Positions 17,212 to 27,292 are shown, counted from the stretch's first letter. The stretch: 60,161 nucleotides of DNA from Candidatus Fraserbacteria bacterium (GCA_037442925.1 JBBIPG010000005.1:1-60161); one strand, 5' to 3'. Notes: a model not told the origin generated them from the sequence alone. A program made the numbers and translations.

Positions 17212-18159
17212 TTAGAGATCTCGCACGGTCCCGACGATCTCTTCGAGGCGGGAATGGCCGTTCTTCCTGAGCCACTGTTCGATCCCTTGCCAAAGTTCGG
17301 CGAAGACGGCCGTTCCCCTCCAAAGCAGCACTGTGCCGACCTGTACGACAGACGCACCTGCCAAAAAATGCTTGATCGCGTCTTCAGCGCGAACGATGCC
17401 TCCACAACCCCAGACTTCGATGGGGCTCTTGTGTTTCTGGAAGAACCTGTAGAAACGATGGACCTCTGCCAGTGCGATAGGGAGGATGCCCGGACCGCCG
17501 TAACCGCCGTAGCCTTCCCGTGGTTTGATCACTTTCGTTCTGGTGCTTACGTCGATGTCCATGGCATTGGGCTCGGAGTTCATCGTAGTGACAAAGTCTA
17601 CTTTGAGGTCCATAAGAAGCTGAGCCACTTCTTCAAAGAGGGGCAAGGTGTTGTTGTACGGAGAGACTTTTACGCCAATGGGAGTCTTTCGATCCTTGCA
17701 AAGCGGTGTGAGGACACGGCGGATGGACTCCGGGTCGTTCGATATGGGTATGCCGGTCAGGTTGGGCGTCGAGAGATTGATCTCCAGCATGTCCGCACCG
17801 CTCTCCGTGAGTGTTTGAGCGATCTCCCAGTATTGCTCTTCGAGAGGCAGCTTGTGTTCGCATGGGGCGTAGGAGATGCTGGCGATCACGGGTTTTTTGT
17901 AGCTCTTCAGTACGGGCACAAGCTTAGCATAGCCGCGATAGCCCAAGTTGTTCAGTCCCATGGAGTTGATCGAACCCTTTTCACCGTCGAGATGAGCAGC
18001 CAGGCGGGGTTCCGGGTTGCCCTCCCGCGGGCAGTGGGTCATAGATTTCGTCACGATGGCTCCGCTGCCGGAGCGTCCGAGAGCTTCGAGTTCCTCGCGG
18101 GTGACAGACAGCGGCCCGGAGGCATTGGTGATGGGTGGATGGACTGCAAACTTGCTCAT
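17212..18159 (-). CDS. pyrD: Dihydroorotate dehydrogenase, class 1-like
   Basis: NASG, VTKS, GNPEPR, INSMGLNN, NLSTPN, GGYGG, GCGG, VQVGT. Confidence 0.9.
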   Translation of the reverse strand: MSKFAVHPPITNASGPLSVTREELEALGRSGSGAIVTKSMTHCPREGNPEPRLAAHLDGEKGSINSMGLNNLGYRGYAKLVPVLKSYKKPVIASISYAPCEHKLPLEEQYWEIAQTLTESGADMLEINLSTPNLTGIPISNDPESIRRVLTPLCKDRKTPIGVKVSPYNNTLPLFEEVAQLLMDLKVDFVTTMNSEPNAMDIDVSTRTKVIKPREGYGGYGGPGILPIALAEVHRFYRFFQKHKSPIEVWGCGGIVRAEDAIKHFLAGASVVQVGTVLLWRGTAVFAELWQGIEQWLRKNGHSRLEEIVGTVRDL

Positions 18160-18259
18160 GCTAGAGAGATTATATGAGGCAGATTGTCTTGCTGCCAAAT
18201 GCGTGAATTGGCTTCACCAAGAAGAGTCTCTATACTCACAAGCGAAGGAGGCGGTGAAC

Positions 18260-18979
18260 ATGAGAGTTACACTCACTCTTTGTCTGGTCGCGGCGATGGC
18301 ATTCGGCTTCATCCCGCTGGCTGTCGGACAACCGGAGGAGATGCCCATGGAGACGAAGGAGGAAGGCATTGGGGCTGGCGGTCCCATGCCTGGCTGGATC
18401 ATGCTGGACCTCTCGGAACTGAGCACAGTGCTCACAGCCCACGGGTACGCGCCTTTCCCTATAGCGGGAATGTTCACGATGGGTGGTGGCGGCTGGGGAG
18501 GCTTCTTGCAGGGCTGGCGCTTCGGCGGCTTTGGGATGGGTGGGGAGACAACTTCATCGCTCGGGGATAAGACGGCCAAGCTCTCTTTGGGATTCGGAGG
18601 TTTCTTCATCGGCTATGGCCTGTACTCCAGCGATGCATACGACGTGATGGTAGGCGCGCTTCTGGGAGGCGGAGGCGCAGAGTTGAGGTTGTTGGATCAT
18701 CGCTCGGAAAGCTTCGAGACAGCCATTACGAGCCCGCCCAATACCGTACTTCAGCGCGGCTTCTTCGCTCTTCAGCCGCAGCTGAGTGTTGCCTTTTCCC
18801 TCTTTGAGTGGTTGTCTGTCAGGATCTCAGGCGGATATCTCTTGACATTGGGAGGCAGCTGGGAACAGGACGGCCAGGAGCTGGTGGGGCCTCCGGCGAA
18901 CTTCGATGCGTGGGTGGTGCAGGCGATGATCTCCTTTGGGGGCAGGGACGAAGAGGAGGAGAGCCAAGAGAACGAGTGA
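18260..18979 (+). CDS. Exported Gly/aromatic-rich protein, possible beta-barrel
   Basis: AAGGAGG RBS, signal peptide, alternating beta-strand pattern, acidic tail. Confidence 0.7.
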   Translation: MRVTLTLCLVAAMAFGFIPLAVGQPEEMPMETKEEGIGAGGPMPGWIMLDLSELSTVLTAHGYAPFPIAGMFTMGGGGWGGFLQGWRFGGFGMGGETTSSLGDKTAKLSLGFGGFFIGYGLYSSDAYDVMVGALLGGGGAELRLLDHRSESFETAITSPPNTVLQRGFFALQPQLSVAFSLFEWLSVRISGGYLLTLGGSWEQDGQELVGPPANFDAWVVQAMISFGGRDEEEESQENE

Positions 18980-18994
18980 GGTGGGAATAGAGAT

Positions 18995-19357
<363 letters not shown>

Positions 19358-19365
19358 GGTATGTC

Positions 19366-19394
19366 ATTTTAGGTTGTGGGTTCGGCGTTGTCAA
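19366..19394 (-). promoter_or_regulatory. Sigma70 promoter for tRNA-Ser(GCT)-SRP RNA
   Basis: TTGACA-17 bp-TAAAAT. Confidence 0.8.
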
Positions 19395-19411
19395 ACAGTA
19401 TAGCCATTGGG

Positions 19412-19495
19412 CGGAGGGAGAGGGATTCGAACCCCCGGGGCTCTTCGCCCTATGGTTTTCAAGACCATCGCCTTCGTCCGCTCGGCCATCCCTCC
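19412..19495 (-). tRNA. tRNA-Ser(TGA)
   Basis: GGAGGGA acceptor stem, ATGGT-CTTGAAA-ACCAT anticodon arm, variable arm, GGTTCGAATCC; CCA not exactly encoded. Confidence 0.95.
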
Positions 19496-19526
19496 GTCTC
19501 GTAATCTGCAAAACCGGGCGTACATA

Positions 19527-19555
19527 ATTCTAGGCATTGACTTACAACGCGTCAA
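19527..19555 (-). promoter_or_regulatory. Sigma70 promoter for tRNA-Ser(TGA)
   Basis: TTGACG-17 bp-TAGAAT. Confidence 0.75.
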
Positions 19556-19696
19556 GAATACTCGTCTGGCAGGTTTTAAATGTCCTCTCCTGAGATGACC
19601 CTTGAGTTGACGTGCCCGTCCCCTCTTCAGTATGATCCTCTGGATCATCATGAAACTCGCTCGATTTCGACAACCAGGGAGGAGACCCCATCGATT

Positions 19697-20077
19697 ATGG
19701 AACGTGTGATTGTGATCATCGTCCTGCTGGCGGCGGTAGCTTTGGCCGCGTTTTCGTTCTTGGGACCCAAACCTCAGGGCGGTACATCTACCGCAAGGGA
19801 AGCGACCTTCACCCTCACCGAGTACGCCATCACTCCCAACCGGATCACTCTCGCCAACGCCCGCGTGAAACTCGTCTTCAAGAATGATGGCAATAACGCT
19901 CACGGCATTGAGATCTACGACACCGTAGAACAACGTGTCATTGCCAAGATTGATTATATACGTCCCAAGTCCACGGCCACTCCCCTCTGGATCGAACTGA
20001 CCGGCGGACGCCGCTATCAGCTGTACGATCCCACCTGGAGAAGAAGGGGAATGGAGGCACTGATCATTGTGCCGTAG
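19697..20077 (+). CDS. Small exported cupredoxin-fold-like protein
   Basis: GGAGG RBS, N-terminal TM, EYAITPNRITL...VKLVFKNDGNNAHGIEI; lacks the Cys/His copper ligands. Confidence 0.65.
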   Translation: MERVIVIIVLLAAVALAAFSFLGPKPQGGTSTAREATFTLTEYAITPNRITLANARVKLVFKNDGNNAHGIEIYDTVEQRVIAKIDYIRPKSTATPLWIELTGGRRYQLYDPTWRRRGMEALIIVP

Positions 20078-21197
20078 CTCTCTTCAGGGTAATCTTCGCT
20101 TCGGAAGGAGCGAGAGCCCGAAGGATCGTTCCCCCGCCAAGAACGTTTCCGTCTTGGTAGAAGACGGTAATCTGTCCAGGCGTGATCGCCCTCTGGGGTT
20201 CATCGAAGAGCACACGCACAGAAGCGCTTCTACGACTGGCTGTAGTGGGCTCGCTGGCAGGCTGGACTGTGGCAGACACAGCGCGAGAGCGATAGCGGAC
20301 CTTTACTTCGACGCGCTCCTCACGCGTGAGTCCGTTGAGATAAATGAAGTGGGCATCCGTTGCCAGCAGGCCCTCAGAGTACAACTCCTCTTCCGGTCCG
20401 ACGATCAGGCGATTGCGCATGGGGTCCATGGACACGACGTAGATCTTTTCACCTGTGCTGAGCCCGAGCCCTCTGCGCTGGCCGATGGTGTAGAATGCTA
20501 ATCCCTGGTGCTCTCCCACCACTCGCCCCTGGGTATCCACAATCTCGCCGGGGGAAAGAGATTCCCTTGCTCGTTCATGCAAGAATCGCGCGTGATCGCC
20601 CTCAGGCAAAAAACACAGATCTTGGCTCTCCGGCTTGCGGGCGGACACCAGATGGTGCTGGCGGGCGATCTCCCAGACCTCTTCCTTGAGATATTCACCG
20701 ATAGGGAAGAGAATACGCCTCAGTTGGGACTGCGTGAGAGCATAGAGAAAGTACGACTGATCCTTGAGTGGATCGCATCCCTTACGCAAGTAATAGATCC
20801 CATCTTCATATCCAATGCGTGCGTGGTGACCGGTGGCCAAATATTCACACTCCAGTCGATCCGCCAACTGCAATAGTTTGGGGAAGCGCACGTGGCGATT
20901 GCAGCGCGCACACGGACTGGGAGTGCGTCCAGCCACATACTCCGCGATGAAGGGGTCAATGACTTGGCGCTTGAACTCTTCTCCTTCATCGACGAAGTGG
21001 TGCTCGATTCCCAACTGCTGGGCGACAACACGGACCTCCAGAGAACAACATTCGTTGTAAGGTTCCTGTCGCCCCTCATAGGACCAGAGGTTGAGGGTCG
21101 CCCCAATGACTTCATAGCCCTCTTGCTTAAGCAACAGGGCGGCCACGGAGCTGTCCACTCCGCCGCTCATCGCCACCAACACACGACTCTTAGACAC
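20064..21197 (-). CDS. mnmA: tRNA 2-thiouridylase MnmA
   Basis: AMSGGVDSS, TPSPCARCN, ATGHHA, KDQSYFL, ESQDLCF, YTIGQRRGL. Confidence 0.97.
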   Translation of the reverse strand: MSKSRVLVAMSGGVDSSVAALLLKQEGYEVIGATLNLWSYEGRQEPYNECCSLEVRVVAQQLGIEHHFVDEGEEFKRQVIDPFIAEYVAGRTPSPCARCNRHVRFPKLLQLADRLECEYLATGHHARIGYEDGIYYLRKGCDPLKDQSYFLYALTQSQLRRILFPIGEYLKEEVWEIARQHHLVSARKPESQDLCFLPEGDHARFLHERARESLSPGEIVDTQGRVVGEHQGLAFYTIGQRRGLGLSTGEKIYVVSMDPMRNRLIVGPEEELYSEGLLATDAHFIYLNGLTREERVEVKVRYRSRAVSATVQPASEPTTASRRSASVRVLFDEPQRAITPGQITVFYQDGNVLGGGTILRALAPSEAKITLKRATAQ

Positions 21198-21318
21198 GGC
21201 TTCACTCTCCGTTGCAGCAAAACCAGCATCTGACGTTGAAGTTCATTATAGCAGTTGCCGGTCCGCTGCTCATCCCCTGACTCCGCGTGGTTGACAAGCT
21301 GAGGTAGATCGGCTTATA

Positions 21319-21873
21319 GTGGCAGTGACCATGCAGAACCTCTTCACAGTGATGCTCATTTTGATCGGAGCGGCCGTGGCCGTCTTCGTGGCCTTGATCG
21401 TCCTTCAGACGGGCACAAACTCCAGCTCCGGCCCACCGGAAACGCCCACTCAGACGCTCATACCCCAAGAGATCGAAGGGTTTGTCATCGAGCGCATGGA
21501 TCGAGCCGATCCCATCTTTGAGGGTGAGCTTTTCTCCGTGCATGCTTCACTGGTACCCGAGGCAGGTTCACCCTTTGAAGGGAGTGTGGAAAGCCTCGGG
21601 ATCACCGTCTTCCTTCTGGAGAACTTGAGAGCGGCGAACGAGATCAAGCCCCTGCTTCTCTTGGGAGACGCAAGCCCCCTCACGATCGAGGGCGTGCCCA
21701 TGCAGGCCTTCGTCAACGAGGACGCGCAATTAGCCGGACTGCTGTGGCAGAATAACCTGCAGATCTATTACGTGCTCGTTTCCGGAGTAGCAGATTCTCA
21801 GGATCTCAACATGGATGTCTTGACGGAAGCCGCGCAGTTCGTTGCGCGGGCCATCGTGAAAGGCGAGGAATGA
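21319..21873 (+). CDS. Membrane-anchored acidic hypothetical protein
   Basis: N-terminal TM; ATGA overlap with the next gene. Confidence 0.65.
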   Translation: MAVTMQNLFTVMLILIGAAVAVFVALIVLQTGTNSSSGPPETPTQTLIPQEIEGFVIERMDRADPIFEGELFSVHASLVPEAGSPFEGSVESLGITVFLLENLRAANEIKPLLLLGDASPLTIEGVPMQAFVNEDAQLAGLLWQNNLQIYYVLVSGVADSQDLNMDVLTEAAQFVARAIVKGEE

Positions 21874-22958
21874 CAAAGCCGGTCACCGTAGATCGCAAGG
21901 AAGTCGTACGACTCTTCCGCGATATGGGGTTGGTGGGAGCTGGAGGTGCGGGTTTCCCGACATACTTTAAGTATATAAAACCCACGCCCATTCTCATTGT
22001 GAACTGCGAAGAGGGCGAGCCCGGCTACGAAGCCGATAAGCTTCTGCTCATCACCTACGCCGATCAGATGAAAGAGATGCTCGACACGCTGAAGATGATC
22101 TTCGGCTTTGAGCGCATCGTCATCGGTGCCAAAGAGAAGGACCAACAAACGCTTGATCCCCTGAAGAAATCGCACGGTTTTGAGATCGCTTACACTCCGT
22201 CGAAGTACGGCTTCGGTGAGGAACGCTGGCTTACGAAATCTGTCACCGGGCGCGAGGTTCCGGGCAAGCAGTTGCCCTCTGTTGTTGGTGTGACGGTCAA
22301 CAACGTCGAGACGATCTTCAATATGTACCGAGCGCTCTTTGAAGAGCAACCGGTGGTCGACAAATACTTAAACGTTTACGGTGAAGTCGCCGAGCCACGC
22401 GTATACTGTGTCCCTGTAGGCACGTTCAGCATTGACCTTCTGGCTCACTCAGGCATTGACACCCGAAGACACCATCAGCTCATGCTCATCGATGGCGGTC
22501 CGTTGATGGGAGACATCGCAGACGTCCGTGTGCACGCCATTCTCAAAAAGACCAACGGGTTACTCGTAGTAGACAAGGCCCTCTATGTAGGTGATCAGGT
22601 GGCGTTCAAGCAGCTTCCTGGTGAGGCGTCTCCCACGTGGGAGGACACGCTGCCGCGTGCGATGGAGAAGTTGGGGCTAACACGCTATCTCCATTGGAAG
22701 CCGAAGGCCGTGACAGATGTGGGCACAGAAATTTGGCGCGTTCGAATCTATCTCACGCACACGCTCACGCCCATTGTGAAGGCCTCAGTGCCGGCTGTGA
22801 AGGTGGGGGACAGAGTCCGCCGCGGACAGCTCGTCGCCAAGCCTCTCGATGGTCCCATCGAGGACATCAAAACTCTCAGTGTAGCTCAACACGCCAGTAT
22901 CGATGGGGTTGTCAAGGAAATCACAAGCGAGTACATCGTCATCGAGCGGGAAGCCTAG
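21870..22958 (+). CDS. RnfC/PduS-like flavoprotein (51-kDa FMN domain, SLBB, C-terminal barrel-sandwich) lacking Fe-S motifs
   Basis: GLVGAGGAGFPT, NCEEGEP..ADK, VNNVET, GGPLMG, VKVGDRV..GQ, HASIDG. Confidence 0.8.
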   Translation: MTKPVTVDRKEVVRLFRDMGLVGAGGAGFPTYFKYIKPTPILIVNCEEGEPGYEADKLLLITYADQMKEMLDTLKMIFGFERIVIGAKEKDQQTLDPLKKSHGFEIAYTPSKYGFGEERWLTKSVTGREVPGKQLPSVVGVTVNNVETIFNMYRALFEEQPVVDKYLNVYGEVAEPRVYCVPVGTFSIDLLAHSGIDTRRHHQLMLIDGGPLMGDIADVRVHAILKKTNGLLVVDKALYVGDQVAFKQLPGEASPTWEDTLPRAMEKLGLTRYLHWKPKAVTDVGTEIWRVRIYLTHTLTPIVKASVPAVKVGDRVRRGQLVAKPLDGPIEDIKTLSVAQHASIDGVVKEITSEYIVIEREA

Positions 22959-23003
22959 CATCCTGCCACAAAGATCGTTCCTACCTCATTGCTGAAGACC
23001 TCC

Positions 23004-23092
23004 ATTTAACGATTTTTTAACGATCTCCCTATATACTATCCTGCAACGCAGCAATGGGAAGAGACACCCATAAAAGGGGGGGGGTAATTGCT
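23004..23092 (+). promoter_or_regulatory. Promoter/leader with tandem TTTAACG repeats; paralog of 28087-28175
   Basis: ATTTAACGATTTTTTAACG...TATACT...AGAGAC...AAAAGG shared with 28087-28175. Confidence 0.65.
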
Positions 23093-25153
23093 ATGGCATC
23101 CCGGTACGGCAAGATAGTCCTAGCGGTTGTATTAGTCCTTTCGCTGTTGACGTTTCATCAGGTGGTCCGTGCTCCGATTTCCCAAGGGGCAGCGGGCATC
23201 ACCTATAACCCCGCCACCGATTCGCTCTTTCTCATCAATTCTTCACAAGTCTACGAGTACGACCGGGAAGGAAGACTGATCCGTGAGTTCAATGTCAGCG
23301 GCGTGGGCTTTGGCAACGGTATCGCTGCAGATCCAGAGGGGAATCTCTATATCACCGATGAGGGATCGAATAACAACGTAGGAAAGCTGCTGAAGCTGGC
23401 TCCTAGAGCAAGTGGAGGCTATGATCTTGTCTTCACAAACGACATCTTGAGCAAGCTGGGAATCGCCCCTGATGATCTCACGTTCGACCCGGAGAGCAGT
23501 CATCTCTTCATTTCCTCGTTCGATGGAGGCAACAAGGTCTTTGAGGTGACTTCAGATGGAGAAGAGATCGTGAATTCGTTCGTCGTCGGTGGAGGGACAG
23601 GGTTCGGGATTACGCTGGCCACAAGTGGGTCGTCCCGTGGGAATCTCTTCTTGACCACCTATACCAACCGGCCAGAGATCCAGATTCTCGAGATCACACG
23701 GGCTGGAACCCCTGTTCGTGCTTACTCGTTCACGGGTGGGCAATGTCCTGCGGATGGGATCGCCTTCGATCCGAGCACCGAAAAATTCTGGGTGGCAGAC
23801 CTCTGCGGCAATCAAGTGTTGTACGTAGACATCGCCACTGGGGAAGAATTGCCTCTTCCGCCGCGTACTCCTGTAGAGTTTCAGAATATGATCGCGGTCC
23901 CGACCGATCCCACGAAGATTGCATACCCCGATTTCTACCGAAACGCGCAACCCATGACCGTGCAACTCAGCGACCCAGAGTGTGTGGTACAGAGCGACAC
24001 CATCTACTACCCGAAAGACTACCTGGGCAGCTTTCCACTGCCGTCCCTTCGCGGAGGCCCACTTCCGTCCGACATTAAGCGCGGTGTCGCCATGGTAGAT
24101 GTCTGGGGTTGCTGTCTTGACTGGCCCACCCTGAATCCTAATTGTAGCGGGAGCATGCACGAAGCGTACCTGGAGACCCTGCGAAGAACTAGCTTGCTGG
24201 GAGCAGATCATGTCCTCATCTCCAATTACACCTATGTGCAGGATGCGGACTCAGCCACTCCAAAGGTGGATTTAAGTGACGGCTGGTTGCAGATCACCGA
24301 GTCCGAGATGGCGTTCCAGGCTGAGGAGGCCCATAAGAGAAATCTAGGCGTGACCCTCCTCATCAATATGGTTCCCGTTGATGAGAAGGGAAAGCCGCTT
24401 CCGACATCCCCCGCCCGGGATTGGTGGGCCACCTACCTGGACAGCTACGGTGATTTTATCTTCCAGCAGGCGCAGTGGGCCGAGAAGTATAACATCGATG
24501 CGATGATGTTGAACAACTTTGACTACGAGGCGCCATGCCACCAGCCTGACTACTCGGACATCATCGCGAGCAAGCTGCTGACCACGCTGCAGCGGGTAAG
24601 GAGCATCTACAGCGGAAAGGTCATCCTGTACGATTGTTTTTCTGGATCCCAAGACCTCAGCAAGTTAAATCAGCTATTCTCTAAGGTTGACCTCATCCTC
24701 TTTACTCTGGCTAACCCGTGGGGTCTTGATGACACGGAAAATGCTAACCTCAACACGAACTTGGTCTTGGAGAAGTACAACATCCAACTCAGATCCTACA
24801 TCCAAAGATATGCCTTGTACTCGAAACCCGTGGTCATCCGGGTATTGTTGCAATCCCACCGGGATTATCTGAAGACCGGGTTCATCGATACGGTAGCCTT
24901 TTGTGAACTCAAGGGTAATTGCGCGCAGTTTCTTGCTGTCAAGACAGACTTCTCCGTGCAAGCCATCGCTTACGAAGCCGTTTTCGAAGCGATTAACAAG
25001 ATCCACAAGCATGGTCTGACTGTCTACGCGTTCGACATCTATTGGTCTTCGTACACTGACGCTATGCTGCCAAAGAGCAACTTCGTCAATATATCTCAGT
25101 CTATCAGGAACAAGCCGGCGGAGTCGATCGTGCTCCACTGGTTCAAGAGATAG
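23093..25153 (+). CDS. Secreted protein: NHL-like beta-propeller plus putative glycoside-hydrolase-like TIM barrel
   Basis: Signal peptide; GITYNP/GIAADP/DLTFDP/GIAFDP repeats; C-terminal half with AHKRNLGVTL, AEKYNID, VRSIYSGKV (GH113-like, tentative). Confidence 0.7.
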   Translation: MASRYGKIVLAVVLVLSLLTFHQVVRAPISQGAAGITYNPATDSLFLINSSQVYEYDREGRLIREFNVSGVGFGNGIAADPEGNLYITDEGSNNNVGKLLKLAPRASGGYDLVFTNDILSKLGIAPDDLTFDPESSHLFISSFDGGNKVFEVTSDGEEIVNSFVVGGGTGFGITLATSGSSRGNLFLTTYTNRPEIQILEITRAGTPVRAYSFTGGQCPADGIAFDPSTEKFWVADLCGNQVLYVDIATGEELPLPPRTPVEFQNMIAVPTDPTKIAYPDFYRNAQPMTVQLSDPECVVQSDTIYYPKDYLGSFPLPSLRGGPLPSDIKRGVAMVDVWGCCLDWPTLNPNCSGSMHEAYLETLRRTSLLGADHVLISNYTYVQDADSATPKVDLSDGWLQITESEMAFQAEEAHKRNLGVTLLINMVPVDEKGKPLPTSPARDWWATYLDSYGDFIFQQAQWAEKYNIDAMMLNNFDYEAPCHQPDYSDIIASKLLTTLQRVRSIYSGKVILYDCFSGSQDLSKLNQLFSKVDLILFTLANPWGLDDTENANLNTNLVLEKYNIQLRSYIQRYALYSKPVVIRVLLQSHRDYLKTGFIDTVAFCELKGNCAQFLAVKTDFSVQAIAYEAVFEAINKIHKHGLTVYAFDIYWSSYTDAMLPKSNFVNISQSIRNKPAESIVLHWFKR

Positions 25154-25193
25154 ACGACGGATGAGCTACTAAGCAGTGAAGGGAGGGCCTGCA

Positions 25194-26141
25194 ATGCGCA
25201 CATGCAAAACATTGAAGCTCTTCGGGTCAGGCGCAGTCTTGCTTCTGTGGGCAGTGGCTGCGGGGAATAGTGGACAAGTTGGGTTAGCGCAGGCTCAGCC
25301 GCCGGGGATGGCTTTGATCCCGGCAGGGAGCTTTCAGATGGGGGACAGCTTCAGCGAGGGCAACTCCGACCAGCGGCCCGTGCACACCGTGTTTGTGAGT
25401 GCGTTTTACATGGACAAGTACGAGGTGACGAAGTCCTTCTGGGACGAGGTGGCCAACTGGGCAGCAGCCAACGGCTATGACATCGGGCCTGCAGATGGTT
25501 TGACAGATCGCTCTGATGGTTTCGGCAAGGTGGAGGACCATCCGGTAACGTACGTCAGCTGGTATGAAGCGGTGAAGTGGGCCAATGCGCGCAGCGAGAA
25601 GGAGGGACTGACGCCGGTCTACTACACGGACGCTTCGCAGGCGACAGTCTATCGGATGGGGAGTGTGAATGTTGCCATAGAGGGCGTGAAGTGGAACGCC
25701 AATGGGTACCGGCTGCCGACGGAGGCGGAGTGGGAGAAGGCGGCGCGCGGGGGATTGGAGGGTAAGCGCTACCCGTGGGGAGACGAAGAGCTAGTGTGTG
25801 AGGCTGGAGCACGCAATGGGGGGCGGTTTGATGATAACTACCGATGTGATGACATTGGCACCGCACCGGTGGGGACGTATTCTCCCAACGGGTACGGGCT
25901 CTACGACATGGCGGGGAACGTGTGGGAGTGGGTGTGGGACTGGTTCGACTCGTCATACTATGCGAAATCGCCTGGGCCTGATCCGCGTGGCCCTGCTTCG
26001 GGCTCGTACCGCGGAGAACGCGGCGGCAGTTGGTACTCCTACGACGCATACTTCTGCCGCGTCGCCTTCCGCTTCTACGGAGTCTCGCCCGACGGCGGCG
26101 GCTTCGACTTGGGCTTTCGCCTTATGAGGACAGCGCCCTGA
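25194..26141 (+). CDS. Secreted FGE-sulfatase/C-type-lectin-fold protein; candidate DGR target
   Basis: IPAGSFQMG, FYMDKYEVT, HPVTYVSWYEA, YRLPTEAEWEKAARGG, GLYDMAGNVWEW, RGGSW...LGFRL. Confidence 0.9.
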   Translation: MRTCKTLKLFGSGAVLLLWAVAAGNSGQVGLAQAQPPGMALIPAGSFQMGDSFSEGNSDQRPVHTVFVSAFYMDKYEVTKSFWDEVANWAAANGYDIGPADGLTDRSDGFGKVEDHPVTYVSWYEAVKWANARSEKEGLTPVYYTDASQATVYRMGSVNVAIEGVKWNANGYRLPTEAEWEKAARGGLEGKRYPWGDEELVCEAGARNGGRFDDNYRCDDIGTAPVGTYSPNGYGLYDMAGNVWEWVWDWFDSSYYAKSPGPDPRGPASGSYRGERGGSWYSYDAYFCRVAFRFYGVSPDGGGFDLGFRLMRTAP

Positions 26142-26339
26142 AGTCCTTGCCGTGGGCAATGGCTACCGACACGGCAGTGCATCTTCAAAGTGAAGATGAA
26201 ATGTGATTCAAATGAAATACAAGAGTTCACAATTGACTCATAACAGAAAGATGCGCTATCCCAGGGATTGTCCCGTGTTACGAGGTTCTATGGAACGTGG
26301 CCTTTCTGTAGTTGCGAATTCACTATATATAGGGGGGGG

Positions 26340-27239
26340 ATGCTAATGCTCACGAGCGCGCAGAGGATCTTGGGAGTCGGAGTGGTTGTAATTTTCCTTG
26401 GGGTCTGGCCTGGGGGGAGTACAGGGCAGGTTGGCTTAGTGCAGTCCTCCTTGGTGAATGAGTTCATTCAAAGTCAGCAACCCGTGCTCAGTTTGTCCGT
26501 TAGCTCGCCTGCAGCAGATGGTTCACGGCAGGCGACAGGAACACTTAACGACCCGGTTGGTCATCCCATCGCTAATGCGCCCATTGAATTCTTTCTTACG
26601 ATCATGAGCGGATCGGAAGCTTATTATGGAGAATACACGGTGTCTGCTACCGTCCCTGCCGGTGCGACGCAAGCCATGGTAGGGTTCCGAGTTAACAGGG
26701 CATGCGACTGTGCTGGAACCAGCGACTTCACGCTCTATGAAGTCCGATACACCGAAGGTACCGAAAGAACCAATCGCGTTCCCAATGGGAACTTTTCGCA
26801 AGGCTTGGTGAATTGGGGCATAGGAATGAGTACGGGTACGGTCCGCCTTGAACCCAGTGATCGGGGTCCTGGCCAGATATTGCATGTGATGGCCACACCC
26901 GCGCAAACTGCCATTCTCAATGGCACACCTTTCCCTGTGACTGCTGGAGTAACGTATACAGCTGCCTTTGTCGCACGCGTACTCCCGGTGTCCGTCGGCA
27001 GCGGCTACTTTGCAGTATTCTTCCTAGATTCATCTAGAGGAGAAGTACGAAGGGACAAGATCCCGTTGGCACCAGCTCGCCTCTCAGTTGGCAAGACGAT
27101 CACCGATACGAACGGGGCATTTCAGTTCACCTTGAGCAATCTTCCGCAAGGGCAGTTGCTGTTAGAAGGCAACTATCCGGGGGACGATGCTCGTTACTTG
27201 CCTGCATGGGCCAGTATCACACTGGAGCCCAGCAGATGA
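26340..27239 (+). CDS. Secreted Ig-like/carbohydrate-binding-like protein; paralog of the C-terminus of 28176-30020
   Basis: Signal peptide; NRVPNGNFSQGL CBM-like motif inside an Ig-like frame (GTLND..GHPI.NAPIEF...TDTNGAF). Confidence 0.7.
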   Translation: MLMLTSAQRILGVGVVVIFLGVWPGGSTGQVGLVQSSLVNEFIQSQQPVLSLSVSSPAADGSRQATGTLNDPVGHPIANAPIEFFLTIMSGSEAYYGEYTVSATVPAGATQAMVGFRVNRACDCAGTSDFTLYEVRYTEGTERTNRVPNGNFSQGLVNWGIGMSTGTVRLEPSDRGPGQILHVMATPAQTAILNGTPFPVTAGVTYTAAFVARVLPVSVGSGYFAVFFLDSSRGEVRRDKIPLAPARLSVGKTITDTNGAFQFTLSNLPQGQLLLEGNYPGDDARYLPAWASITLEPSR

Positions 27240-27292
27240 AAGCAATATCGCGCTAAGATGAAGCTACATTCATGATTGGGATCACGACGGCG

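Noticed and set aside
17206-18177. 323-aa plus-strand ORF
   Set aside because: Antisense to pyrD with no recognisable motifs; expected from codon bias
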